Assembly (NCBI GenBank): GCA_002685535.1
Contig: NYXK01000211.1
Location: forward strand, 28,803 to 92,802
Reading direction: 5' to 3'
DNA: 64,000 nt
Source of the DNA: Deltaproteobacteria bacterium
Lineage (GTDB): Bacteria > SAR324 > NAC60-12
The notes beneath the pieces are model-generated. The model had not been told where the DNA came from, ran no database searches, and saw only the letters and a program-made list of their open reading frames with translations. This document shows positions 1 to 12,100 of this stretch, piece after piece (the first letter of the stretch is position 1; each line of letters begins with the position of its first letter). The translations under genes and the position numbers were made by a program.

Positions 1-498
1 TTCCAACGGGTCCCCACAATAGGATATAATATCAACCGCTGGATGAACCATGCTTCTGCGCATGGAGCGCCGGGTTCGAGTATCGGTAGTGTAAGCGGAG
101 AAGGATAATAAGCACGAGCTAGGGCTCCAGCTCCAACCATGGGTATGGGTGGAGGTATGAGACAGCCACAAGGAATGAGTATATACGGTGGACATTCCAT
201 GGGCGGTGGATGAATGCCATATATGCCCGGACAGCCACGAATGCAAGTCCCACGTTTGCGACAACAACAGGGATTGCAAGGGTATGACTTTGATGCTCAT
301 AGTATAATAAGTTCGAGGTGGGGGAGGTAGACGCCCGAAGGAATTAGAGAATTGAGACCTCGTGTTAAAAAATGGGAGTTGCAGCAGCTGCAGCAGCTGC
401 AACGGCAGCAGATGATGGGGATGGGGATGGAGGGATCTGGGGGGTTTGGTGGGGGTATGTATGGTGGGGAAATGGGGATACCAATGGGATATCAGTGA
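1..498 (+). pseudogene. Gly/Met/Gln-rich coding remnant, probably RIP-inactivated (continues off the left edge)
   Basis: Frame +1 reads as low-complexity protein (PAPTMGMGGGMRQPQGM...LQQLQQLQRQQMMGMGMEG). It is broken by TAA TAA (106-111), TGA (211), TAG (328) and TGA (496), each one C>T away from a Gln or Arg codon. AT/TpA-rich sequence follows to ~1500. Confidence 0.45.
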
Positions 499-1258
499 TG
501 GTAGTAAACCTGGTGCCATTAGGAGGCTTGAAGCGCTGGATCAAGCTAGTAGTAAGCCATCGTGTCAGATGAGAATGCCAGGTGAAGAGCTCGTACGGAC
601 GACTTGGGATAACTGGATGAAAGCGGCTGTGTCATTTTCAACGGAATTAGGCTCTTGGGCTGGAACCAAAGCACTCTTTGACGTTGTCTTCGATACCTTC
701 TGATAATTTGTAACGTAACGTATGCCAAAAAGAAATGATTCACTCACTGAAAAAGAAAAACCTCAAAGCCTAAGCTTGCCGAGTGGGATATGTGTAGATC
801 TGATTTAACGGGCTCTGGAGCGTCGAGGCCGAGGCCTTCTAAAAGCTGTTGAAATCTTAAATATTCATTACAACTTACAAAGTCCCTCATTGAATTTCGG
901 GTAAGACTCGATACTCAAGAATACTCTAATATACTTCAAATTAATCCTGGTATACAGATTCCCTCGTGTATTCTTTTCATCTTTCTTTCCCGCTATTTTA
1001 TTTTGTCCTCGCTATGTACCCTTTTCATTCTGAATTCATAAGTAAAATATTCCCTCGTAGCTCTTTCCCATGAAACCTTCTCGGAATCCCGCACGATATC
1101 CCTCATAAGCTATACTGTTCTTGTATCCTCCCTTCAAGATCTCCCTCACAGAGATACAATCGTATCTCCAAATTCCGCACCTCGAATGACTTACGATTAA
1201 TTAAAAATAGGAGAAGCCATATCACGCTTTCACAAAAAACTATTACCCCCGCGGAGAT

Positions 1259-1484
1259 CTCCTCACTCGCTCCTCACTCGCTCCTCCAGTAAATTCTAAT
1301 CGTACTTTCCCAATGTTTAATTCTCACAATATCAATGTTCGACATTAACATCGAATATCACTTGAGGAAGCAAGCGATTGTTTGCTTAATGACATATATG
1401 TATATCCCTCGACAGAGAGATATATCGAACGATTTCGCTGCTAATCGGAATCCCCTTCTCAACCTAACGAATCAACCTAACGAA
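1259..1484. repeat. Two short tandem duplications in the AT-rich block
   Basis: CTCCTCACTCG x2.5 at 1259-1286; TCAACCTAACGAA x2 at 1459-1484. Confidence 0.8.
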
Positions 1485-1871
1485 TAAACCCGGTGGTTCG
1501 CATCAACAAGACGCGGGAAGGAAAGAGCGCGACTCGAAGCGCATTCAAGTCAATTCAAAGGAACAAGGTTAGATGAAGCAGCTATGTAGTAGCATATGTA
1601 TGTATGACTTTTACATTCTATGTAAAGACACTGTACAGCAGCGAATATAACATCACTCCTCATCTCACCACTCATACGCTCAAGCGAATCAAGCATCAAA
1701 CAACCCCACCCACCGAAACTCCCAAAACATCAGTCCAACTACTGTATCAACAAATGAAAAATGTATGAATCACGGAGCTCACTAGTCAAAGTACAGGGAA
1801 TATACCAGTACACGTGGAAGTGAAGTAAAATGGAAGCAGAGATCAAAAGGCAGAAAATATTATCATATGAT

Positions 1872-1886
1872 ACACACACACACACA
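1872..1886. repeat. (AC)n microsatellite downstream of SEC16
   Basis: Directly visible acacacacacacaca. Confidence 0.85.
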
Positions 1887-2138
1887 AATTACAAAGATGT
1901 ACTACTTATTTTCCATCAACCAACCGAGGAAATAACCACCAAAACCAGCAGACCATGCACGCGAAATGTACGCTCATCTATGTCCAGTCCAGCTGATGCA
2001 CTGTTTGTAATAACAGCCAAACCAAACCAAGCCAAGCAACGCACCCAGACCGCATGGAAATCTATGATACATTCCTCCTTCTATCCCACAAACACACCCA
2101 AGGCACAGCGTGAGCACGACCCGAAAACGCATTCGTAA

Positions 2139-5100
2139 CTACGCACCCTTATCCCCCATAACATCAACATACCCCCTCCCCTTCTTCTTCGCACCCTTCT
2201 TCGCTCCCGCCCCACCAGCGCCATCCTTCCTACTCCTCGGCACTGGCGGTCCCAGCAAATCATCAATACTACTCGCATTACTCATGCCCGTCCCAGGCCT
2301 ACTAGGCGGCCCACTACTCCTCAGACTGCCATTCGACTGACTCCTATTCATCAGCGGCGGCGCATTCAGATTCACGCTCCCGTCATCGCTTTGTGGAGAC
2401 GAGGAGACGAGGTGGTGCTGTGCGTGCGTGGAGTCGCTGACGGCGCGCTGGGCGAGCATTTGGGGTGCCATGCCGGGTGCCATGTTCATAGGTGTGGGGA
2501 TTGGACGGGGTGCGCTTGTTGGTGGACCGCCGGCTGCGGAGCCATTGCTTGAAGGTGGACCCATATTCATGGGTGCGCTAGCTGTCCTGGGAGGACCAGC
2601 TGCTCTGGGAGGCGGCGGTGTTGCGCTCTTCGCTTGAGTGTCTTCGGCGCCGGCTTTCTTGTTGACCCAACGCTTGAGATCGGGGTCGTAGTAGAATGAT
2701 GAAGCTTCGCCTAGTTTAGCTCGGATGGGCTTGTTGGGGTTGGCGCCCATGTCTTGGGACTCTTTCTTTGCGCCGCCGAACCAACCGCCGAGGCCCCAGC
2801 CTTTCTTTGCGGGAGCTGCCTCTTTCGCCTTTTGAGCTAAGGGGATAGTGTTAGTAGATGCGTGGAATGTGGCGGATAAGAGTTTAAAAGACTTACCATC
2901 TGCTTCAGCTGCCTTCCGGAACGCCTCGTCCGCTTCCTTGTCTTTCTCCGCTTTGGTCTTCTCACGAGCTGCGGGTGCAGGTGCCGCCTTGAGGCCCGGG
3001 ATATCGTCGTCATCGTCATCCATGAAGGACTTCTTCTTGGGGCGAGGTTCGTCTGGCGAATCCGGCTCGTTCTCTGGCTCGTATGGTACATATCCACTGG
3101 TTGGAGGTTCGTAACCACCAGAATATGGTTGATACCCGCTGGATTGAGGCTCCTCGTGAGAAGGTTCCTGGTAGCTGTTTATAGCAGGAGGCTCGTAGCT
3201 ACTTGACCTAGATTGATCGTGCGTAATCGAAGGTGGAGAGTCAAAGTTTGACGTGGGCTGCTGATAGGAAGGCTCTGAGGGCGTGTATGAAGGACGATGC
3301 CCGTCAAATGAGTTGACAGCTTGAGGGGAAGCGTATAGATTTGTCGGAGGCTGCTCAGTGACTGGGGTTTGTGGAGTGTACCCGGAAGCAGGTTCATATG
3401 GCGAAGGGTTGCCAAAAGGAGTATATGCTGATTGAGGCGTGAAGCTGGATCCGGTCTGGGGTGTGTATCCGTTCCCCTGAGCAGGCTGACTGTTTGGGCG
3501 ATAATCAGACATCTGTCTTTGTGGTTCGTAGCGTTTGAACTCGCTTGATGATCTCTCATCAAGGGAGGTTCTAGGTTGAGAACCGTACGAGTTACCACCT
3601 TGATCCTGGTTGCCGTACTGCGATGCGCCAGGTGCATATCTCGAGCTTGCTTTAGTGACTGGTACAGGTTGAGTACCATTGATGCCCAGACCTCCAGGGT
3701 ATGAACCATATATGTCTGCATTGGACGGTGATCGACTAATTGTAGGAGTCCCTCCAGCGATTCTTGAAAATGGCCCAATATCAGCTGCACCTCCAGTCGT
3801 TGATTCAGCAGAAGCAGCTTCAGCCTCATCACCTGCAACGAACTTATTGAAGGTAGCCCAGACAGATCCTTTTGCCTTATCAATGCTGGGCTTCCATGAC
3901 GCATTCTCATCTTTGGGCGACTGCTTCAATCTCTTGCTCAAATCCTCGAGCTCAGAGATTAATAATCCATGATGATATGGTGATCTCCTTGTCTGGGAAG
4001 TGATAGAAGCTCCGATCGCATCGCAGTATTGCAGGGCTTTGTCTCTAAAGCCATACTCTGCCAACACCTTTGCATGCTGCAACTTGTAGACAGCCAAATG
4101 CGGGCTCGAGACCGCAATGGTCGAGGTACTTGACAGAGACATGCCGTACTCAAACACTTCGCTTAGCAGGACTGGCTCTAGCTCTCTGTCAAAATCGTAC
4201 GGCTGCCTCAACTGGTCAGAACCAACGAGCACAATGCTCGCTTGGGGGTCATCGACTCCACCGAAGATAGACAGACTTCTGGCGAACAAGAAGCAGATGT
4301 GAGCTGCTTCAGCTCTGCCGTAGCCAGAGAGTAGCTTGCCCAAAGCATTGAGAGCTTTGCTATCGTCGGTGCTGCGGTTACTGAGGACCAGTCCAAGTGT
4401 CTCGCGCCATCTGTCCAAACCATCAAGAGCATCTTTCGATGGGCCAGCACCATTTGAGGCACTGACCATCTGGAATCCGGCTCTGGCGGATGGAGGCACG
4501 AGCTCATCGATACTCTCCTCAAAATTCCCTGCAAAGATCTCATAAAGGGCTGCAAGGGGCTCGACATTATCGCCAATGATCTTGACTTCTTTTTGAATGA
4601 ATTCTTGAGCGACCTGTTTGTATAGCTCTTTCGAGACTGTGTTGGAGATGAGCATAGCATGAGCCCAGAGCCGCTTATCAACGGCATCCCAGACAGCTTT
4701 CTCGCGCTCACCACGCAGCAAATGCTTTCTCAATTGGTCCACAGCTGCAGGGTCCACAGGGTCGGCTCTTGTCGTTGAATTTGATGAGTGTGAAATGCCA
4801 GACAAATCAGCACCAGTGGCATACAGTGGTGCAGAAGTATTTTCCTCGTCGAGTCCAGGCGACAAAACAGCCCGAACGGCTTTCTCGGCTACGGGAGTAC
4901 CTTCTAAAATTCCATCATTCTCGATGAATACTCGGAGGATTTTCCACAAGAGTATCCGCTCTTCGATACGTTTGTCTTCATGAGACAGGGCCGAGACTGT
5001 CCGCAGATAAGATGCGTTCTGCTCTAGGATTTCGATGCCTGATGCGAGCCACGTCGAGACTTCCTTCTTTTTGGATTTGCCCTTCAGTGGCCCAGGGAAA

Positions 5101-8100
5101 CTGGCGAGACGCTCCTGAAGGGGATCAAGGTCCTTGATGCTTCGAATCTTGACAGTGCCAGGACTTCGAATGATCATAGCCTGTGCATTCATGCCGTACC
5201 GTGGCACGTCTTGGGGAAAGGAAGTCATGATAGAACCGCCAACGCCCCATGCGAAGACGGGAGCACCTCTCCATCTCTGTAATGGATCATTCTCCCGGCC
5301 ATCAGTAGGCGCGACGTAGCTGAGTCCTTGAGAGAACCCTCTGGCGCGGCCCTGTGTGGATGACACTGGCGCCGTTTGGTAGCTGTTGTTGACTCTAGGG
5401 GACGTAGGCACTTCTACAGATGCTGGACGTTGATAGGGAACAGAGCTGCTCATTTCGAGACGCGGTCCAGCGAAGGCACTTCCAGGAGACTGGGTCTGTG
5501 ATCTTTGAGGTGGAACAAATGGCTGAGGTGGGCCTTGGGAAGCCTGCTGTGGCATGTAATTTGAAGTAGACCGTTTTGGTGGAGAGCTGACCAATCTAGA
5601 CGCGAGACCCTGAGGAGGTGGTGTCTGCGATACCTGGCGCACCAGTGATGGCTGTGGCGGCTGATTGTACTGGTTATGCAGCTCGCCATAATTCCGGGTT
5701 GATGTTGGTGACAATTGACCTTCTTCTTCGACTTCTCGGGTAGGCGGTAGATGTTGATTCCTCAAGCCAGACTCGTACCCGGAGGAGCTGGCTCGGCGAT
5801 CGTAACTTCCAGACTCAGAGAAGGAGCCATGGGGTCGTAATTCTTGATTTCTTTCGAAATGCGCTAAAGGACTCGACGTTCGAGGTTGATGCGGGAGGAT
5901 GGGTGCAGATTGCGATGGTTGAGCACTTACAGTAGCTGGTGCATATGATGCAGGTGCTGGCTTTTGACTAGGTGGTGCAGGGGAGTATCGAGATTGAGCT
6001 ACTGGAGGAGGGGCAGTGTGGCTGTGTTGCAGAGGTGGAGGTGCTGGAGAGTATCTTGAAGCTATTGCTGGCACGGGCATATTTCCAGTCGGAAGTGCCG
6101 CATACGGACTTACACGTTCAGGAGCTACCAGGCCCTGAACTTGAGCCTGCTGCTGTGGTGGCAAATGCTGATGTTGCATCGGCTGTTGTTGAACAGGAGG
6201 TGCGCTATAAGGACTTCGTGGTGGTCCTGTAGGAGGAGGCACAACCCCCGGTTGGCCATAAGGACTCTGCATAGGCGATGCAAGACCAGTCGTGTGTCTG
6301 GCAGCTGGTTTTGGCCTGGACATTGGCAGGTCCTCGAAGAATCCGCTTTGTGACTTTCTGACAGTCTTTGGCGGTTGTGCCTCGGCTCCTGTCTGAGTTT
6401 GATTTGGCTGAGAGTGACTGTTTGTAGGAGGGGTAATGCCTGCTGAAGCTGCTCGAGGAGGAGGATTCTGCATACTACTACTTCTTGGGGGTGCAATATC
6501 TGCTGGAGCTTGTGATCTGCTCATAGTCTGCATGCTCGCCCTCTTTCGTGGCCTCACAACATCCATGGGGAGATCGTATGGTGAGGCATAGCCACCTTTG
6601 GCTTTGTCCGCAAAGCTTTGAGCTTTCGGCATCTCTGGCCTGGGAGGTGGCGGTTGAAAGCTCGCTGTTGACGGTGACATGTAAGGCGAAGCTACGGCAG
6701 GCGTAAAGGCTGGTTTCGAGAGATCAGTCAACAAAGGTGCGGTGGGCGCGTAGGCATTCTTGGGGGCCACTGGAGCGGCCGCAAGTGCACCAGCTGGCAA
6801 ATATTTATTGCTACTGCTGGTTGGCCGTATCGCCTGCCCTCCTCCAAGACTATCGAATCCAACTACGTGACCGTTAGGTCCAGTGACAGGCGTTGGGATA
6901 GGAGGGCTCGTCTGTTGGCCAAATAGATCCTCTGTACTTTGGTCATTGTCCTCAAGGAATCCTTCGTCATCGCTGCCGAAGAGAGTAGCAGGGTCAAGAG
7001 CTGAGCTTTCCGCTGGTTCGTCATCATCCGGGAGAAGCTCGTCGTCGTCGTCGGCCAGAAATTCATCACCCGCCAAAGCTGCTTTCCATTTTGCGGCAAG
7101 ATCTTCCTCTGTCGCATCCAGAGCATTATTCTCATGAGCAGAATCCGGGTCGCCAAAAACAGCTGACAGGACTGTACTTGATGACGCAGCAATTCCTCCC
7201 CCAGTAGATCTTTCTAGGGAGCTCTGAGAGCTCTCCATTGGATTCTCCTCCGCCTCCGGTATACTCTCGTGGATCTGCTCGTGTGGCTGATAATGTAGAG
7301 AATCCATAACTTGTATGGTAGATTTCCTCTCCAAGTGTGGTTCGGGCGCCCGTTCCTCCCCATCATCTTCTTTGCTGGCCTGGGCGAAAAAATCCTCCTC
7401 GTTTGCATCATCCGTCGCAAAAGGATCGTTTGAATGTAATGGCTCAGGCTGACGCGAAGTATCCTCATGTGATTGAACAAGTGGCAGTCCTTCCTCGAAA
7501 CGAGCCTCTAACTCTTCGTCCTGCTCAGGTCTGACATCTCCCCCATATGTCTGTCCATAATCTGGTAATCTTAACTCATCATCATCCGCGCCATGTAAAA
7601 AGTCCTGGTGATTATCCGTTTGGCCCGAGTTTTGGGCGAAGAAGTCGGCCTCCGGGTTGTTGCCCTCATCCCCAAATAGGTCTTCGGACGCCTCCTGCTC
7701 CACCTCGTTGAGAATGTCCTCAGCCTGACTATGTGGAAGTGGCTGCTCATGGTGAAATTCTGCCAAATGAGCTGGTGGAACCTGGGGAAAGGAATTTGTC
7801 CGGTCTGATTTCGCCATAAACTTGAAAGGGTCCGTATCAGTCCGCTGGATGTTCCATTGCGGATCCACCTCATCATCCTCTCCCCAGTTGACCTCTTCAG
7901 ACACTGTTCGAGCAAAAGACATCGTGCTAAGATGTTTATTTTCATGGTGGGGTCCTTCCGAGGGAAATTCGGCCTTATTCAGATCTTCGATGTTTTCCTG
8001 CTCCGCGCCATTGTGCCATGGGTTCTCGTCCAGCTCTACTCCACCTGGACTTGCCAAAGACGTTGCGAGCGCATCACGAAGATCCCCCAGCTCTGGATGA

Positions 8101-8330
8101 TCATTGTTATTTTGGGCTACTTGTTCCTCAGCAGCGTTTACCTCTTCTACAGCTTCGGAGTCGATTGGAGTCGATGCAGCAGGCGCTGGCTCTGATTTGT
8201 ATTCAAAAGGGGGCTCGGGCGTTGGTACTGGACTCGACTGGACCTCGGGCGTTTCTGTCGCAATTGTTTCTGGCGTCGAGTTTGGCATAAAGGCAGGGTG
8301 CCATGACGGATGTGCCGATTCGGTCATCAT
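2139..8330 (-). CDS. SEC16: COPII coat assembly protein Sec16
   Basis: ~2050 aa with acidic and Pro-rich disordered ends. The central conserved domain has FPGPL, LLRGEREKAVWDAVDKRLWAHAMLIS and WRETLGLVLSNR; the C-terminus has the AKLGEASSFYYDPDLKRWVN motif. 60-nt intron at 2837-2896; probable 5'UTR intron from 8456 (GTATGT) to ~8366/8359. Confidence 0.95.
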   Translation of the reverse strand: MMTESAHPSWHPAFMPNSTPETIATETPEVQSSPVPTPEPPFEYKSEPAPAASTPIDSEAVEEVNAAEEQVAQNNNDHPELGDLRDALATSLASPGGVELDENPWHNGAEQENIEDLNKAEFPSEGPHHENKHLSTMSFARTVSEEVNWGEDDEVDPQWNIQRTDTDPFKFMAKSDRTNSFPQVPPAHLAEFHHEQPLPHSQAEDILNEVEQEASEDLFGDEGNNPEADFFAQNSGQTDNHQDFLHGADDDELRLPDYGQTYGGDVRPEQDEELEARFEEGLPLVQSHEDTSRQPEPLHSNDPFATDDANEEDFFAQASKEDDGEERAPEPHLERKSTIQVMDSLHYQPHEQIHESIPEAEENPMESSQSSLERSTGGGIAASSSTVLSAVFGDPDSAHENNALDATEEDLAAKWKAALAGDEFLADDDDELLPDDDEPAESSALDPATLFGSDDEGFLEDNDQSTEDLFGQQTSPPIPTPVTGPNGHVVGFDSLGGGQAIRPTSSSNKYLPAGALAAAPVAPKNAYAPTAPLLTDLSKPAFTPAVASPYMSPSTASFQPPPPRPEMPKAQSFADKAKGGYASPYDLPMDVVRPRKRASMQTMSRSQAPADIAPPRSSSMQNPPPRAASAGITPPTNSHSQPNQTQTGAEAQPPKTVRKSQSGFFEDLPMSRPKPAARHTTGLASPMQSPYGQPGVVPPPTGPPRSPYSAPPVQQQPMQHQHLPPQQQAQVQGLVAPERVSPYAALPTGNMPVPAIASRYSPAPPPLQHSHTAPPPVAQSRYSPAPPSQKPAPASYAPATVSAQPSQSAPILPHQPRTSSPLAHFERNQELRPHGSFSESGSYDRRASSSGYESGLRNQHLPPTREVEEEGQLSPTSTRNYGELHNQYNQPPQPSLVRQVSQTPPPQGLASRLVSSPPKRSTSNYMPQQASQGPPQPFVPPQRSQTQSPGSAFAGPRLEMSSSVPYQRPASVEVPTSPRVNNSYQTAPVSSTQGRARGFSQGLSYVAPTDGRENDPLQRWRGAPVFAWGVGGSIMTSFPQDVPRYGMNAQAMIIRSPGTVKIRSIKDLDPLQERLASFPGPLKGKSKKKEVSTWLASGIEILEQNASYLRTVSALSHEDKRIEERILLWKILRVFIENDGILEGTPVAEKAVRAVLSPGLDEENTSAPLYATGADLSGISHSSNSTTRADPVDPAAVDQLRKHLLRGEREKAVWDAVDKRLWAHAMLISNTVSKELYKQVAQEFIQKEVKIIGDNVEPLAALYEIFAGNFEESIDELVPPSARAGFQMVSASNGAGPSKDALDGLDRWRETLGLVLSNRSTDDSKALNALGKLLSGYGRAEAAHICFLFARSLSIFGGVDDPQASIVLVGSDQLRQPYDFDRELEPVLLSEVFEYGMSLSSTSTIAVSSPHLAVYKLQHAKVLAEYGFRDKALQYCDAIGASITSQTRRSPYHHGLLISELEDLSKRLKQSPKDENASWKPSIDKAKGSVWATFNKFVAGDEAEAASAESTTGGAADIGPFSRIAGGTPTISRSPSNADIYGSYPGGLGINGTQPVPVTKASSRYAPGASQYGNQDQGGNSYGSQPRTSLDERSSSEFKRYEPQRQMSDYRPNSQPAQGNGYTPQTGSSFTPQSAYTPFGNPSPYEPASGYTPQTPVTEQPPTNLYASPQAVNSFDGHRPSYTPSEPSYQQPTSNFDSPPSITHDQSRSSSYEPPAINSYQEPSHEEPQSSGYQPYSGGYEPPTSGYVPYEPENEPDSPDEPRPKKKSFMDDDDDDIPGLKAAPAPAAREKTKAEKDKEADEAFRKAAEADGKSFKLLSATFHASTNTIPLAQKAKEAAPAKKGWGLGGWFGGAKKESQDMGANPNKPIRAKLGEASSFYYDPDLKRWVNKKAGAEDTQAKSATPPPPRAAGPPRTASAPMNMGPPSSNGSAAGGPPTSAPRPIPTPMNMAPGMAPQMLAQRAVSDSTHAQHHLVSSSPQSDDGSVNLNAPPLMNRSQSNGSLRSSGPPSRPGTGMSNASSIDDLLGPPVPRSRKDGAGGAGAKKGAKKKGRGYVDVMGDKGA

Positions 8331-9114
8331 GGCGATGATATGCGTTTTGGGAAAAGAACTGAATACTGATTGCGAATGTCAGCAGCTGTCCCTATACCCA
8401 TGGTCCTTCCACCACATCGTCATCAGCAAACAAAGGGGGCGCAAAGCCAGACATACTTATACAAGGATATCCGCTAAAGAACAAGTCAAATTAGGTATTG
8501 ATAAGAGAGAACTTGCATCCATTTGCTACAGTGAAGAAGGATTCATGGTGTTGTGTCTGACGGGGCAGAATGGGTTGAAGTGAGTGAGATGTTCGGGTCG
8601 GGATGCAAGCCAAGTATCATTGTACTTTCGCGACCAGGCGAGGCGATGGTTGAGGCCAGCTTTCGAGCCATGAGGCGCTACGGCAGCCGAGATGAGCTCA
8701 ACGTACAGAATGGGATACTCGGTTGAATATCAACAGTAAAGTCTAGGGTAAAGTTGGTAGTTGATCACAAGGAGAAGAAGGAAAGACTCCCTGACTGCCA
8801 TGATACTTTAAGTCACTCCTCTCATATTTAAATGCAAATTGTCCAATTCGGCTCATCCTATAATTACCATCTAGCTCTGCTCGTCTCGCTTCGGCCAGGC
8901 AAGGAGCAACATCATTGCTACGGCGGACCGGATCTACTCTCCAGCCAGAATATCCACATCCGCGTGTCAGTGGCTGAGACCCAAGACGGAAGACAAGGCT
9001 ACAGTGAAAGACACCAGACGACAACCTGTACATATTTGATCCTGACCTCTCCCACGAACAACTCTCCCTCTTCTCATACATCCTCTCCCATACCACCCAC
9101 CGCATCAATGAGGC

Positions 9115-12100
9115 ATGTCGTCGAGCGCATACCATCAATCAAATGCCCCCGAACTGCCAGCGGATGACTCGGATCCTGACCTCGACCTCGACATCCAGGA
9201 GCTTGACCCTATAACCACATCCAGCCCCTCAGGACCCTCGTCGTCGCGCAGAGATCGCACACTCAAGGAAGAGCGGAGGTCCGGCCATATACCATTACGG
9301 AACCTGCGTATGAGTGGGCTGCGAGGATTTGGCAAACGCAATCGAGGATATGGAGATCTGGGGCGGGATAGAGATGAGGATGCCCATGGACTGCTGAACG
9401 ATACGCCGGATCTGGATGGGGCAAACCGTCTTTCCGCCGGTAGCTTCAACAGCGCTGAAGATGATGCGCCATTGCTCCCAGGAGGGGGCCATCGGCGGCG
9501 GCCCAGTATCGAGGCCTTCAACAAGCTAGGATCGCATATACGACTGCCCAGCTTCCTGTCGAATTCAGGGACCCAACCAGCCCCAGAAAATGAAGAGGAG
9601 CAGGAAGAAGAACACGATCCAGCATCCTCCCGAACAGTCACTATTGGCACTTCTCAATCCGCGCGATTCCCTCCAAATGCCGTCTCCAATGCGAAATATA
9701 CCCCTATCAGTTTCTTGCCACGAACTTTGTATAACGAATTCTCTTTCTTCTTCAACATGTACTTTTTACTCGTCGCGCTCTCGCAAGCGATTCCCCCTTT
9801 GCGGATAGGATACCTCTCGACTTACATTGTGCCGTTGGTCTTTGTTCTAGCGATTACATTGGGGAAGGAGGCTTGGGATGATATTGGAAGGAGGAGGAGG
9901 GATACGGAGGCTAATTCGGAGGGGTACACGGTGCTGTGTTTTGATGAGTTGGGCGTAGGAAATGCGGATAGGTACCATGCGAAGAATAAGGGAAAGGGAA
10001 AGGGCAAGTTCAAGAAGAACTCGCTGGTCGAGCCGGATAGGTTGTCTGATATCCAGGAAGAGGAAGAGAGTGCGGAAAGTGGAGGAAGGCGGCAATTGCC
10101 ATCATCGGAAGTTCGAGAAGTGATTCGAAAATCACGCGATCTGAAAGTCGGGGATGTCTTGAAGTTAGGGAAGGATCAACGAGTGCCAGCCGATGTGGTG
10201 ATCTTGAAGAGTTTCACGAATGAATCTGCAGTGTCCGTGGAAGAGGAGGCCGATCTACCTCCAGTGTCTGAATCGCTTCTGGTGGAGCCAATATCAGATC
10301 CACCAATCGAGGAAACTGCTGCTATTACAGCTGATGCCCGCGAGTCGACTACGGAACTCGGGAACACGCCCTCTGCAGATGCTGGAGGCGTGGGGGAAAC
10401 TTTCATCCGAACTGACCAACTTGATGGTGAAACGGATTGGAAGTTGCGATTGGGATCACCGCTTACTCAAGCTCTTGAACCAGCTGAATTCGTACGCCTC
10501 AGAGTCGTGGCAGGTAAGCCAGACAAGAAAGTGAACGAATTTATTGGAACGGTGGAGTTGTTACCCAAGGGCCGCAATGGTTATGATCCATATCTTCCAA
10601 GGCGATCTCCGCTGAACAACGAGGTCACAGGTGAAGAGCCAACTTCTAACTCGGCACCTCTGACTATTGACAACACGGCCTGGTGTAACACCGTTCTCGC
10701 TTCCAATGCGACGACCTTGGCGGTGATTGTTTACACTGGACCACAGACGAGATCCGCGCTCTCAACTTCTGCTTCACGTTCAAAGACTGGTCTTCTTGAA
10801 TACGAGATCAACTCTCTGACTAAAATCCTTTGCGCTCTCACGCTTACATTGTCGGTTGTCCTAGTAGCTCTAGAAGGATTCGAGCACGTTGAGGGTCGTG
10901 CCCCTTGGTATGTCAAGATAATGAGATTCTTGGTCCTCTTTTCGACAATCGTCCCGATCAGTCTTCGAGTCAATTTGGACATGGGAAAGAGTGTCTACTC
11001 GTGGTTCATTCAAAGGGATCCTGGAATTGCAGGAGCTGTCGTCAGGACAAGTACTATTCCGGAGGAACTGGGACGAATCGAATATCTCCTCAGCGACAAG
11101 ACGGGAACTCTGACCCAAAACGAAATGGAGATGAAGAAAATCCATGTCGGAACTGTTTCGTATGCGAACGAGGCGATGGATGAAGTTACTGCCTACATCA
11201 AGCAAGGATTCTCGGTCCCTGCTTCTACGGATCCAAATCAACCGGCCATGCTCATCACCCCTTCGTCTACATTCATGGCTTCCACAACAGTAACAGCCAC
11301 CAGAACTCGGCGGGAAATTGGTGCTCGAGTGCGAGATGTTGTCTTGGCGCTGGCTATCTGCCACAATGTCACGCCTACTGTCGAGGAAGAAAATGGACAT
11401 ACATTTACCTCGTACCAAGCCTCATCGCCCGATGAGATTGCAATTGTCAAATGGACGGAACTAGTCGGGCTTCGATTAATTCATCGTGACCGTAAGGGGA
11501 TGCTGTTGCAGTCAGTTGATACTGGTCGGCCTGTTGTTCGAGTCCGTATCCTAGAAGTGTTCCCATTCACCTCAGACGGGAAGAGAATGGGTATCATTGT
11601 TCAGTTTATGGATGGATCCGAGAAACCTGGAGTCACAAATTCTGATGCTGGCGAGATCTGGTTTTACCAGAAAGGTGCTGATACAGTCATGACTTCGATT
11701 GTTGCAGCTAACGACTGGCTTGACGAGGAAACTGGTAACATGGCCCGGGAAGGCCTCCGAACGCTCGTCGTAGGCCGAAAGCGTCTTTCCGTCCAACAGT
11801 ACCGGGAATTTGCAGCCAATTTCAAGGAAGCCTCCGTTGCAATCAACGGTCGTGATGCAGGCATGGCTCGTGTCGTGTCCCACTACCTCGAGCGCGATCT
11901 TGAGCTTCTCGGCGTAACTGGTGTAGAAGACAAGCTACAAAAAGACGTCAAGCCCTCTCTAGAACTTCTGCGCAATGCTGGTATCAAGATCTGGATGTTG
12001 ACAGGTGACAAAGTCGAAACAGCTCGCTGTGTAGCAGTCTCAGCCAAACTCGTCGCCAGAGGCCAATACATCCACACGATCGCCAAGCTCAAGCGCAAAG

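Noticed and set aside
740-1220. Possible RIP-damaged minus-strand ORF starting at ATG 1220
   Set aside because: Its stop density is about what random sequence gives, so it is not distinguishable from non-coding DNA.
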